Source of the DNA: Candidatus Microgenomates bacterium
GTDB taxonomy: Bacteria; Patescibacteriota; Microgenomatia; UBA8517; JACQJR01
DNA: 64,000 bases
Direction of reading: 5' to 3'
Assembly: GCA_016204995.1 (NCBI GenBank)
Contig: JACQJR010000002.1
Coordinates: forward strand, 2,557-66,556
A program made the translations under genes and the position numbers. Below the pieces are notes generated by a model that ran no database searches, was not told the origin of the DNA, and was given only the letters and a program-made list of their open reading frames with translations. Below, piece after piece: positions 1-8,394 of the stretch; the first letter of the stretch is position 1, and every line of letters starts with the position of its first letter.

Positions 1-708
1 GGCTGGTTGAGGCGGATTAACCTTTAAACCATCTTGGCCATTAGCAACCTTCCATAAATAAATTCCCTGTTTACCCAGTAAAACTGCCAGATGATTTTTA
101 TCCATCTGTCCTAGTTGACCAATAGTATTAATACCTAAGTTATTTAAAAACACAGTTGTTTTACGGCCGCAACCAGGTAATTTAGCAAGTGGCAACGGAG
201 ATAGAAATTGACGCTCACTGCCAGCTGGAACTTCAGTTAAACCAGACGGCTTTTTAAAACCGGAGGCAATTTTGGTTACTGTTTTTTGGGCGGAAATTCC
301 TACCGAACAAGTGATACCGAGCTTTGCTACTACTTGGCGCTGAATGTTGCTGGCTATTTGCCAGGGAGTACCTAAATTTTCCGTACCGCTTAAATCTAAA
401 TATAGTTCGTCCAAAGACACTTGTTCAACGGTAGGGGAATATTGCGAGCAAATTTCCACAAATTTAAGTGAAGCTTCTTCGTATTTAGCAAAATTGACCG
501 GCAAAAAAATAGCCCCAGGACAAAGCCGACGAGCGCGAAAGATAGGCATCCCAGAATGAATACCATGGAGACGCGCTTCGTATGAGGCAGTAGAAACTAC
601 CCCCCGCAAGGTGTGACCGCCGACAATCACCGGTTTGCCACGAAAGTAAGGATGATCTCGCTGTTCAACGGACGCAAAAAAGGCATCTAAATCAACATGG
701 GCAATCAT
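1..708 (-). CDS. dinB: DNA polymerase IV (Y-family translesion polymerase), N-terminal part; the gene continues past the window start
   Basis: Minus-strand translation from the ATG at 706-708 gives MIAHVDLDAFFASVEQRDHPYFRGKPVIVGGHTLRG..., the canonical DinB/UmuC N-terminus. There is no stop before the window edge, so it is absent from the ORF track. Confidence 0.8.
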   Translation of the reverse strand, partial: MIAHVDLDAFFASVEQRDHPYFRGKPVIVGGHTLRGVVSTASYEARLHGIHSGMPIFRARRLCPGAIFLPVNFAKYEEASLKFVEICSQYSPTVEQVSLDELYLDLSGTENLGTPWQIASNIQRQVVAKLGITCSVGISAQKTVTKIASGFKKPSGLTEVPAGSERQFLSPLPLAKLPGCGRKTTVFLNNLGINTIGQLGQMDKNHLAVLLGKQGIYLWKVANGQDGLKVNPPQPA

Positions 709-810
709 CTCTCTTTTGTATACGAAAAAAAACCGAATAATGTCAAGCCCCGATTAAACTCCGATTAAATCGGAGAAATCGAGGTTGCCCGCATCTGATA
801 AAATTATTCT

Positions 811-1833
811 ATGGGTAAAATCCTGCTCGTAGTGGGAACGCTACTTATTACTATCGGTGCCGCCTGGCTTCTCAAAACTCACAACACGCCTGCTGACATT
901 ATTTCTCCTTTATTACCTAAACCTACTCCCTTAATTCAATATACAATGGAAAATTTAAGAAGCCGGACATACAGCGGCAGTCAAATTGTCCTAGAAAAAG
1001 TGATTAAAAAGGAGCCAACTTTTACCTCTTATTTATTCTCTTTCACTAGTGAGGGTAAAAAGGTCACCGGCCAAGCTAACCTGCCTGCTGGCGCAGACAA
1101 GCCTGCGCAGGCAGGTCTACCAGCCGGTAAGGGACCATTTCCAGTTATTTTAATGAATAGAGGCTATGTGGATAAGGAGGTTTACTTTACCGGCGTAGGC
1201 ACTCGCAAAGCGGCGGGTGAATTTGCCAAAGCCGGTTTTATCACCCTGGCGCCTGATTTTTTGGGCTTTGGCGGATCCGATCCTTCCAGCAGCGACATTT
1301 TAGAAACCAGGTTTGAAAAACCAATTACGGTTATTAACCTATTTCAATCAATTGAAACTTTATCACAAGCAGATAAAGAAAACGTCTTTATGTGGGGACA
1401 TTCCAATGGCGGACAAGTCAGTCTGTTAACTTTAGAAATCTTGCAAAAGCCAATTCCGACAGTTTTATGGGCGCCGGTCACTCGTAGTTTTCCTGAATCG
1501 GTTCTGGATTATGTAGGTGAGCTAGACGACCAAGGCCGGATGGTGGTAGCTTCCATCAGCGCTTTTGTAGAAACTTATGATAAAGATAAATTTTCCGTTA
1601 CGCCATATTTGGCCGATATCACTGCTCCTTTTCAAATTAATCAAGGCACGGCTGATGTTTTGGTTAAAGAAGAATGGACGGCTGAATTTGTTAAACAGAT
1701 GAAAAACCTGGGTAAAGATATAACTTATTATGTTTATCCTAAAAATGACCACAATTTAAGCCGGGATTGGGACCTAGTCGTAGCCCGCAATATCCAGTTC
1801 TACAAAAAACACTTAAAGTTGTCTAACCCATAG
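811..1833 (+). CDS. Membrane-anchored alpha/beta-hydrolase (dienelactone hydrolase / S9 peptidase-like esterase)
   Basis: N-terminal TM helix; nucleophile elbow GHSNGG (GxSxG); overall alpha/beta-hydrolase layout (ILMNRGYVD ... FMWGHSNGGQVSLL ... DH). Confidence 0.6.
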   Translation: MGKILLVVGTLLITIGAAWLLKTHNTPADIISPLLPKPTPLIQYTMENLRSRTYSGSQIVLEKVIKKEPTFTSYLFSFTSEGKKVTGQANLPAGADKPAQAGLPAGKGPFPVILMNRGYVDKEVYFTGVGTRKAAGEFAKAGFITLAPDFLGFGGSDPSSSDILETRFEKPITVINLFQSIETLSQADKENVFMWGHSNGGQVSLLTLEILQKPIPTVLWAPVTRSFPESVLDYVGELDDQGRMVVASISAFVETYDKDKFSVTPYLADITAPFQINQGTADVLVKEEWTAEFVKQMKNLGKDITYYVYPKNDHNLSRDWDLVVARNIQFYKKHLKLSNP

Positions 1834-2048
1834 TGAAGTGGTATAATAATAGCAAACTTGGCTGTGTTTAAAGTAAGCTTTTTTGCATGGTTTACTCCGA
1901 GCATAGCGAGGAGCACTTTGACATATCAGTTAGTGGAGAATCTTTCGTTTAGGCACAAGCTAAAGGCTGAGAAGAGCTATTTTTTTCATCCGCTAGCTTT
2001 TGCCTGGGCGGAGGTAAGAAAGTAAAAATTTAAGGGAGGACCATTGCG

Positions 2049-2465
2049 ATGACAACGCAGTCAGCAGTGAGCGAAAAAACTGCGCCTTGTCCCTGGAGAA
2101 ATGAAGAAGTGGCTTTCGTCGCTTCGGTTGATTTCTCCTTGATCAGAGATGCATGTCTACAAGACCTAGGGCCGGGAGAATTCCTAAGCTACCTTACTAG
2201 ACCACAACGTCTGCAAGGTCAATTATGGTGGCATTTGGAACGAAATCCCCAAAATTGCAAATTTGAAATGGTCAAACTGCTTGACAAGAGAATGGAAAAA
2301 GCAGACAAATGTTTGAAATTTCAGAAACTCCTGGCAGGAGGTCTCAGCGTTATGGACGAAATACATCTGAAAAGATGTCCCTTCTGTCAAAGAGATCTGC
2401 GACAGATCAAGGCTAAGCTACCTTACTACGCCGAGTTCTACGAGGAGCACTCACGACCTAGCTAG
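2049..2465 (+). CDS. Hypothetical protein with C-terminal CPFC motif; GC content looks higher than its neighbours
   Basis: 138-aa ORF with an RBS-like GGAGG upstream, followed by a hairpin plus T-run terminator. Confidence 0.3.
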   Translation: MTTQSAVSEKTAPCPWRNEEVAFVASVDFSLIRDACLQDLGPGEFLSYLTRPQRLQGQLWWHLERNPQNCKFEMVKLLDKRMEKADKCLKFQKLLAGGLSVMDEIHLKRCPFCQRDLRQIKAKLPYYAEFYEEHSRPS

Positions 2466-2473
2466 CTGAAACA

Positions 2474-2497
2474 GGGAGACCGCCCTCTCCCTTTTTC
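2474..2497 (+). terminator. Rho-independent terminator
   Basis: GGGAGA-ccgccc-TCTCCC hairpin followed by TTTTT, directly after the stop of the 2049..2465 ORF. Confidence 0.55.
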
Positions 2498-2526
2498 TAT
2501 CTAGAAGATTTTATAAGGAGAAAAAG

Positions 2527-2775
2527 ATGAATGACAATCAGGTAACGATAGAAACAGAGTGTAAAGATTGCGGAGCCACTGGGGTCTATCATGGATATGC
2601 GGAACCAGAAGGAGTCGGAGTCATTTGTTACAAGTGCGATGGCACAGGTAAGATAGATTTGACGTACATTCCCTTCACTGGTCGCAAAAAGAGAAGTGAC
2701 ATTCGCAACGTCATCAGGCATTCTCCTAATGAGGTTACCTACGAAGAGTTCCTAAGGGGTAGAATGCCTTCTTAA
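2527..2775 (+). CDS. Small zinc-ribbon protein with two DnaJ-type CxxCxGxG repeats
   Basis: CKDCGATG and CYKCDGTG motifs; AAGGAG RBS 8 nt upstream of the ATG. Confidence 0.4.
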   Translation: MNDNQVTIETECKDCGATGVYHGYAEPEGVGVICYKCDGTGKIDLTYIPFTGRKKRSDIRNVIRHSPNEVTYEEFLRGRMPS

Positions 2776-2805
2776 AACAAAATATCCACAACTGAATAAT
2801 GTTCT

Positions 2806-2881
2806 CAAAGGCACCTAAAGGTGATATATAAATTTGTCGCTTAAACGCGATTTAAATTTTTTATATACCCCAAGGTGCCTT
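2806..2881. repeat. Nested palindromic element AAAGGCACCT ... AGGTGCCTTT(TTT) enclosing an AT-rich inner palindrome
   Basis: 10-bp inverted arms at 2810-2819 and 2872-2881, with a T-run after the 3' arm; REP-like or a long-loop terminator. Confidence 0.4.
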
Positions 2882-2923
2882 TTTTCTTGCCTAAAATTAG
2901 CCAAATATAGTCTAAATCCCTAT

Positions 2924-2970
2924 GTGTCCTATCTAGTCCACCTCTAAGGTGATTTACTATTGACACCTTA
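2924..2970. repeat. REP-like palindromic repeat, left copy flanking RAYT-1
   Basis: GGTGTCCTATCTAGTCCACCTCTAAGGTGATTTACTATTGACACCTTA contains the hairpin TAAGGTG-N12-CACCTTA. A near-identical copy lies downstream of the RAYT gene. Confidence 0.6.
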
Positions 2971-2998
2971 TTAAATATACAGTTAAAGTATAATAAGC

Positions 2999-3673
2999 AT
3001 GCCCGGAAGAGAGACTGTTTTAGCCAATAATCAAATCTACCATATAGTCAATAGGGGCATAGCCCACCAACCACTTTTTTTAACCAAAAGAGATTATAGA
3101 AGAGCTATAGATGCGTTATTTTATTACCAAAATAGTAATCCCCCTATTAGATATTCAAAATTTCTGACTTTATCGCGTTCCAGGAGAGAAGAATTATTAA
3201 AATTATCTCAAAGAAGACAAAATTTCCTAGGTGAAATAATTTGTTATTGCCTTATGCCAAATCATTTCCACTTTTTAGTTAGACAGTTAAAAAATAATGG
3301 CATATCTACTTTAATTAGTAATTTCAGTAATAGCTACACTAAATATTTCAATACCAAAAATAGGCGTAGGGGTCCGATCCTGGAAGGTAAGTTTAAGGCT
3401 ATCAGAATTGAAACCGATGAACAGCTCTTACATGTATCTCGGTATATACATTTAAACCCTTATACGGGATACGTCGTTAAAAATCTTAATGAATTAGAAA
3501 ACTATCCTTATTCTTCATTTTCGGAATATTTAGGTAAGACGCAACTTGAATTATGTAGTAAAAATATTATCCTTACCCAATTCAAAAATCCCTTTCTCTA
3601 TAAAAAATTCGTGTTTGATAATGCAAATTATCAAAGAGAGCTAGATAAGATTAAACACTTATTACTAGAATAA
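2999..3673 (+). CDS. REP-associated tyrosine transposase (RAYT, IS200/IS605 TnpA-like Y1 HUH transposase)
   Basis: HUH motif in CYCLMPNHFHFLV and a catalytic Tyr region (HVSRYIHLNPY); flanked by paired REP hairpins. Confidence 0.75.
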   Translation: MPGRETVLANNQIYHIVNRGIAHQPLFLTKRDYRRAIDALFYYQNSNPPIRYSKFLTLSRSRREELLKLSQRRQNFLGEIICYCLMPNHFHFLVRQLKNNGISTLISNFSNSYTKYFNTKNRRRGPILEGKFKAIRIETDEQLLHVSRYIHLNPYTGYVVKNLNELENYPYSSFSEYLGKTQLELCSKNIILTQFKNPFLYKKFVFDNANYQRELDKIKHLLLE

Positions 3674-3688
3674 AATCGTAAATGCCAA

Positions 3689-3735
3689 GGTGTCCTAGCT
3701 TAATCATCTCTAAGGTGTTTTACTATTGACACCTG
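3689..3735. repeat. REP-like palindromic repeat, right copy flanking RAYT-1
   Basis: GGTGTCCTAGCTTAATCATCTCTAAGGTGTTTTACTATTGACACCTG; the same core (CTCTAAGGTG-TTTACTATTGACACCT) as at 2924-2970. Confidence 0.6.
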
Positions 3736-3789
3736 TTTCCAAAATATTTAAAAAGAGTCTTGACAAAATTTGATAATCGCGATTAAATG

Positions 3790-3898
3790 GAAAGTAGATA
3801 TCAAGAGAGCGGCGAGAGAGATGACTCTATGACCCGCCAGCAACCCGAGCGCCGGGTGCTAAATTCATAAAAAGATAGGTCCCGATAAAATCGGGAAA
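3790..3898 (+). promoter_or_regulatory. Putative SAM-I/IV-like (S-box) riboswitch leader of metK
   Basis: AUCAAGAGAGCGGCGAGAGAGAUGACUCUAUGACCCGCCAGCAACC ... GGGUGCUAAAUUC matches S-box core signatures (AUCAAGAG-GG-GAG-GA, AUGA kink-turn, GCAACC, GGUGCUAAAUYC). A CCCGAUAAAAUCGGG hairpin sits next to the metK RBS. Confidence 0.5.
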
Positions 3899-3902
3899 GA
3901 AT

Positions 3903-5009
3903 ATGAATTACACAATTTTTACTTCAGAATCGGTCTGTTCAGGCCACCCCGATAAAATCTGCGACCAAATTTCCGATAGCATTGTGGACGCGGCTCTCGC
4001 GACTGATCCCAAAAGCCGCGTAGCCGTAGAAACTTTAGTCACCACCAATAAAGTAGTTTTGGCCGGCGAAGTAACTTGTGCCCAAAAACTGCCTTACCAA
4101 AAAATTGCCCGCGAGGTGATTTACAAACTCGGCTACACCGATCATATTTTTAATTTTTCTCATAATTCACCGATTAGTGTTTTTATTCATGAGCAGTCAC
4201 CGGATATCGCAACAGGCGTGGATGATGGCGGAGCAGGCGACCAGGGGATGATGTTTGGCTATGCCGCAAGCGAAACCACCGAACTGATGCCTTTACCCAT
4301 TACCATTTGCCATCAACTGGCTCAAAAAATAGACGAACTGCGAGAAACTAAAAAATTGCCATATCTTTATCCGGACGGCAAAACTGAAGTTAAAGTCACT
4401 TATAAAAATGGCCAGCCGGTGTCAGTGGATAAAGTAATCCTAGCCGCACCTCATGCCAGAAAAGTCAGCCGAGAACAAGTTTTAGATGATCTCTACAAGT
4501 ATGCTGTCAAACCAGTCTTATCTTCCCTAGGCTTTAAAATTGCCAAAAAACAGGTAGTGTTAAATGGCACCGGCGTCTGGCATCAGGGCGGACCAGCGGC
4601 TGATACCGGCGTCACCGGCCGAAAAATTATTGTAGATACTTATGGCGGCATGTCCCGTCACGGCGGCGGAGCTTTTTCCGGCAAAGACCCGACTAAAGTG
4701 GATAGAAGCGGGGCTTATGCGGCCAGATTTTTAGCTAAAAATATTGTGGCGGCAAAACTTGCCAAACGCTGTGAAGTCCAAATTGCCTATGTGATTGGCG
4801 AGCGCCAGCCCATTTCCGTAGACATAGAAACTTTTGGCACCGGCAAAAGGCCCAATTTATATATTAGAAGCTTTGCCAAAAAATTATTGGATCTATCAGT
4901 TCCCGGCATCATTTCCGGCTTAAACTTGCGCCAACCGATCTATTCCAAAGCCGCCGCTTATGGCCATTTCGGCCGTCCCGACTTCCCCTGGGAAAAAATT
5001 GTGGTATAA
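3903..5009 (+). CDS. metK: S-adenosylmethionine synthetase
   Basis: FTSESVCSGHPDKICDQISD, GAGDQGMMFGYA, GGGAFSGKDPTKVDRSGAYAAR; near-complete alignment to MetK. Confidence 0.95.
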   Translation: MNYTIFTSESVCSGHPDKICDQISDSIVDAALATDPKSRVAVETLVTTNKVVLAGEVTCAQKLPYQKIAREVIYKLGYTDHIFNFSHNSPISVFIHEQSPDIATGVDDGGAGDQGMMFGYAASETTELMPLPITICHQLAQKIDELRETKKLPYLYPDGKTEVKVTYKNGQPVSVDKVILAAPHARKVSREQVLDDLYKYAVKPVLSSLGFKIAKKQVVLNGTGVWHQGGPAADTGVTGRKIIVDTYGGMSRHGGGAFSGKDPTKVDRSGAYAARFLAKNIVAAKLAKRCEVQIAYVIGERQPISVDIETFGTGKRPNLYIRSFAKKLLDLSVPGIISGLNLRQPIYSKAAAYGHFGRPDFPWEKIVV

Positions 5010-5028
5010 AATGTAACTGGCTGCCATC

Positions 5029-6150
5029 ATGAAGACGGGAATTGCTACTTTTGGCTTGGATTATGGGAAGTGTCCGCCCTGGTTATTTGAGCGGATGAAG
5101 CGGCTGGGCAGGCTGATTACTGAAGCCATTGTTTTAGAGTATGGCAATAATGAATTTGTCCGCCGGATGTCCGACCCCTTTTTCTTCCAATCTTTCGGCA
5201 CAGTTCTGGCTTTTGACTGGGATGCTTCTGGTTTAACTACCACTACCACTGGTGCTTTAAAAGAAGCTTTGCGGGGAACAGAACGAAGTTTAGGAATTTT
5301 TGTAGCTGGCGGCAAAGGCAAAACTTCTATGAAAACGCCGGATGATATAACGCGTTTTGCCCAGTGGCACAGTTTTAATCCCACCCCTTTAGTTTATGCT
5401 TCCAAAATGGCTGCTAAAGTAGATAATACAGCCGTCCAAGATGGATTTACCCTCTATCATCATTCCTTTGTCTTCACCCTTCGACAGGGCTCAGGGCAGG
5501 CTAAAGAAGGAATATGGACTGTTATTCAGCAGGGAATGAATACGGAAAAGGGAAGGGCCAGAAGATATCATTGGTTATCTGAAAAAGTGGCAGATTTCGT
5601 GGAAGAACCACACGCCGGAATTAAGGATTCCGGAATGTCCAATGTCAAATTTCCAATTTCCAATGAAAAGACATTAAATTTAGTTGCCAAGAAAAGCAGG
5701 AAAACCAGAGATACCAGCGCCAAACTTGTTAACAGTGATTTCCCGAATCTAGTGAAAGACGGCATTAAGGCTTTAGATTATATTAATTTCAAGTTTGACC
5801 GTAAAAGGCTTGAAAAATCAGTTCAATTTGCCCACGATCAGAAACCTGCAAATTTTGAAAAGCTTTTGGGAATTAAAGGCATCGGGCCAAAAACTATCCG
5901 TGCCCTCTCGCTCATTTCAGAAATTATTTATGGCGCCAAACCTTCTTATGCCGATCCGGCCCGTTATTCTTATGCCCATGGCGGCAAAGATGCTATTCCT
6001 TATCCGGTTGATAAAAAGACTTATGATACTTCAATTTCTGTCCTGGAACGGGCTGTCAAAAAAGCCCGCCTAGGTTATTACGAAAGACTAAAAGCTCTCA
6101 AAAAATTACAAAATTATTCGGGGCTTGACAACAGTAAACGCCAAGAATAA
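5029..6150 (+). CDS. Conserved hypothetical protein with C-terminal helix-hairpin-helix (resembles the DUF763 family)
   Basis: N-terminus MKTGIATFGLDYGKCPPWLFERM ... FDWDASGLTTTTT and the HhH motif LLGIKGIGPKTIRAL; starts 19 nt after metK. Confidence 0.35.
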   Translation: MKTGIATFGLDYGKCPPWLFERMKRLGRLITEAIVLEYGNNEFVRRMSDPFFFQSFGTVLAFDWDASGLTTTTTGALKEALRGTERSLGIFVAGGKGKTSMKTPDDITRFAQWHSFNPTPLVYASKMAAKVDNTAVQDGFTLYHHSFVFTLRQGSGQAKEGIWTVIQQGMNTEKGRARRYHWLSEKVADFVEEPHAGIKDSGMSNVKFPISNEKTLNLVAKKSRKTRDTSAKLVNSDFPNLVKDGIKALDYINFKFDRKRLEKSVQFAHDQKPANFEKLLGIKGIGPKTIRALSLISEIIYGAKPSYADPARYSYAHGGKDAIPYPVDKKTYDTSISVLERAVKKARLGYYERLKALKKLQNYSGLDNSKRQE

Positions 6151-7333
6151 CCTAAAGTTAATTCAACTCATGGTTGTAGAAACAAGACAGCTGGACCGTC
6201 TGACTTCCCCAGGGAGACAACTCTCCATTTCCGACTTACCAGAAATAGTTGAGCAACTTTCCCCCGAAGAAAAAGAGCGCTTTAATATCCAATATGAAGC
6301 CAGAACCACCATCGGGCATTTAACTTTCCCGGAACAGATGAAAGCTAAACTTCCCCAACTATTAGGCCCCGACGTTAGTCTGGAAGAGGCCTCAAATCAA
6401 CTCCTCACCTTTATTCAAGACCGTTTCATCAAAGAAGAAGCTGTCTATAATCTTTTAAGATCACGTCGACCGCGCACCACTACCACCGAAAGTCTCTTTA
6501 AAAAGGCGATTGTTGAAAAAAAAGATGATTGTTCGTTCTGCGATCCGGAAAATAGCACTCCGGTTAATGGTTCGGCACGGATTAGAAAGGGAAAGGTCAT
6601 CTCCTCCGGCAATCTCACACCTTTTGCTGATTACCACGAACTTTTAATATTTAATCATGATCCCTATGAAATTGAATGGGAAACTTTTAGTGATATTATG
6701 GACTGCGCTATAGAAATGATTAATTATCAGTATCTAAAAGATCCCACCATAAAAAATTTTGAGCTGATTATGAATTTTGGCTTCAAAGCCGGCGCCTCTA
6801 TTCCCCATGGTCATGCTCAAGTATTGGGATTCAGGGGTAGTATGCATCGCTTCATAGTTGAGCACTATAATGCCATGGCTAATATTTACAAATCTGTCTA
6901 CCAGCAGGATTTTTGGGAAGATAAATTTAAGATACATCAGTCTTTGGGATTAGGATGGAATACGGGAGAAGATGTTTGGACTCTAGCGACCTTAACTCCT
7001 AAAAAAAATAGGGGGTTGACTATTTTTGATAACATCTCTAACAGATTTGGGGTTTCTACAGAGTTTAAAAATACTTTCTATCAATCATTAAGATTTATGT
7101 TTGACGAAGAAGCCGTAGAAGAATTTAATTTTGCTCTTCTCTTTCCACCTTTTGGACGTAATGATGACTATTGGAAAAATAGTCGTAATTTTGTTATTTT
7201 TGTAGATCGGGGTAGTTCTCGTACTCCTACTAATGATATGGGGGCGATGGAAGCGATCACCGGACTGGTAGTAGTAGAGCAGGATCCATTTCGCTGGGGA
7301 ACAAAATTAGGTAAATATCTCCAAGCGGCTTAA
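6125..7333 (+). CDS. GalT-family (HIT-superfamily branch III) nucleotidyltransferase-like protein with a low-complexity N-terminal extension
   Basis: CSFC zinc knuckle plus ...NFGFKAGASIPHGHAQVLG, comparable to the GalT FENKG..SNPHPHGQ active-site region; overlaps the upstream gene by 26 nt. Confidence 0.45.
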   Translation: MTTVNAKNNLKLIQLMVVETRQLDRLTSPGRQLSISDLPEIVEQLSPEEKERFNIQYEARTTIGHLTFPEQMKAKLPQLLGPDVSLEEASNQLLTFIQDRFIKEEAVYNLLRSRRPRTTTTESLFKKAIVEKKDDCSFCDPENSTPVNGSARIRKGKVISSGNLTPFADYHELLIFNHDPYEIEWETFSDIMDCAIEMINYQYLKDPTIKNFELIMNFGFKAGASIPHGHAQVLGFRGSMHRFIVEHYNAMANIYKSVYQQDFWEDKFKIHQSLGLGWNTGEDVWTLATLTPKKNRGLTIFDNISNRFGVSTEFKNTFYQSLRFMFDEEAVEEFNFALLFPPFGRNDDYWKNSRNFVIFVDRGSSRTPTNDMGAMEAITGLVVVEQDPFRWGTKLGKYLQAA

Positions 7334-7344
7334 TTTAACACACT

Positions 7345-8394
7345 ATGGTAACAGAAAAAATAATAGCTCGCGAAACATTTATTGATAGAATTTATGGCGA
7401 AATGGAAATTACTGATCCTTTAGCCTTGGAAATCATTGAATCACCCACCCTACAAAGATTAAAACATATTCAACAAATGGGCACTTATAATCGAGCCCTA
7501 CCGCATATTAATACCACTCGTTTTGAACACTCGCTAGGTGTTTATTATCTATTGGGCCGCTTTGGAGCAAGTCGCGAAGAACAAATTGCCGGCCTATTGC
7601 ATGATGTATCACATACAGTTTTTTCTCATGTGATGGACCATATGATTGGGGATCAGCTGGAACAAAATCACCAAGATAATATCCAACATGATTTTATATT
7701 AAATTCTGAAATTCCTCGCATAATAAGACGCCACCATGTTGATCATGAAGTAATCTTGGATGATGAGTCTTATAAATTGCTGGACCAAAAATTACCTGAT
7801 TTATGCGCCGATCGTCTGGATTATGGAATCCGCGATAGTGTGGTTTGTGGGGTAACCAACCCTGACCAAACAGCCAAATTCTTAGACCATTTACATTTTA
7901 TTGATGGAAAATGGGTCTTTGATGATGTGGATGTGGCCCGTGATTACACTGAAATGAGTATGAAAATGGCAGAAAGGTGGTGGGCTCCTGCCTGGGGAGT
8001 CTTACAATTTAAAATTATGTCAGAAGCCCTACGTTTGGGACTAGACAGCAGAATAATTACTTATTTTGATTTATTTTCTACCGATGATGAAGTCTGGAAT
8101 AAATTACAAGATTCGGGTCATGAAAAAATTGGCCAATACTTGGCTTGGATTACTAATATCCACGACATTCTCTTTGAGATCTGCGAAGAGGAGGGGGCTG
8201 ACTTTACCTTACAGTCTAAATATCGCGGAGTTGACCCCTTAGTAGATTTAAACCATCACGATCATACTGTTATAGATATGTATAAACATCATTTTGTGGC
8301 TAGAATTTCTCAACTTTTCCCTGACTTCAAAATTAAAACGGAAAGGCTCCGTCAAGCCATTGAAACACCTCACTATGTTCGCATTATTGCCTAA
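7345..8394 (+). CDS. HD-domain phosphohydrolase (COG1078 / SAMHD1-like dNTPase family)
   Basis: LQRLKHIQQMG ... RFEHSLGVYYL ... LLHDVSHTVFSH HD signature. Confidence 0.65.
   Translation: MVTEKIIARETFIDRIYGEMEITDPLALEIIESPTLQRLKHIQQMGTYNRALPHINTTRFEHSLGVYYLLGRFGASREEQIAGLLHDVSHTVFSHVMDHMIGDQLEQNHQDNIQHDFILNSEIPRIIRRHHVDHEVILDDESYKLLDQKLPDLCADRLDYGIRDSVVCGVTNPDQTAKFLDHLHFIDGKWVFDDVDVARDYTEMSMKMAERWWAPAWGVLQFKIMSEALRLGLDSRIITYFDLFSTDDEVWNKLQDSGHEKIGQYLAWITNIHDILFEICEEEGADFTLQSKYRGVDPLVDLNHHDHTVIDMYKHHFVARISQLFPDFKIKTERLRQAIETPHYVRIIA

Noticed and set aside
344-559. 71-aa plus-strand ORF at the window start
   Set aside because: It lies antisense within the dinB coding region, which is clearly recognisable on the minus strand.
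709-810. Possible LexA/SOS box in the dinB promoter (tandem CCGATTAAA repeats and a CGAA-N8-CCGAA segment)
   Set aside because: No match to a known LexA consensus could be established by eye; noted only as a repeat-containing divergent promoter.
5061-5384. Minus-strand 107-aa ORF inside the DUF763-like gene (similarly 5568-5765, 5795-6073)
   Set aside because: Overlapping shadow ORFs within a longer conserved-looking gene.
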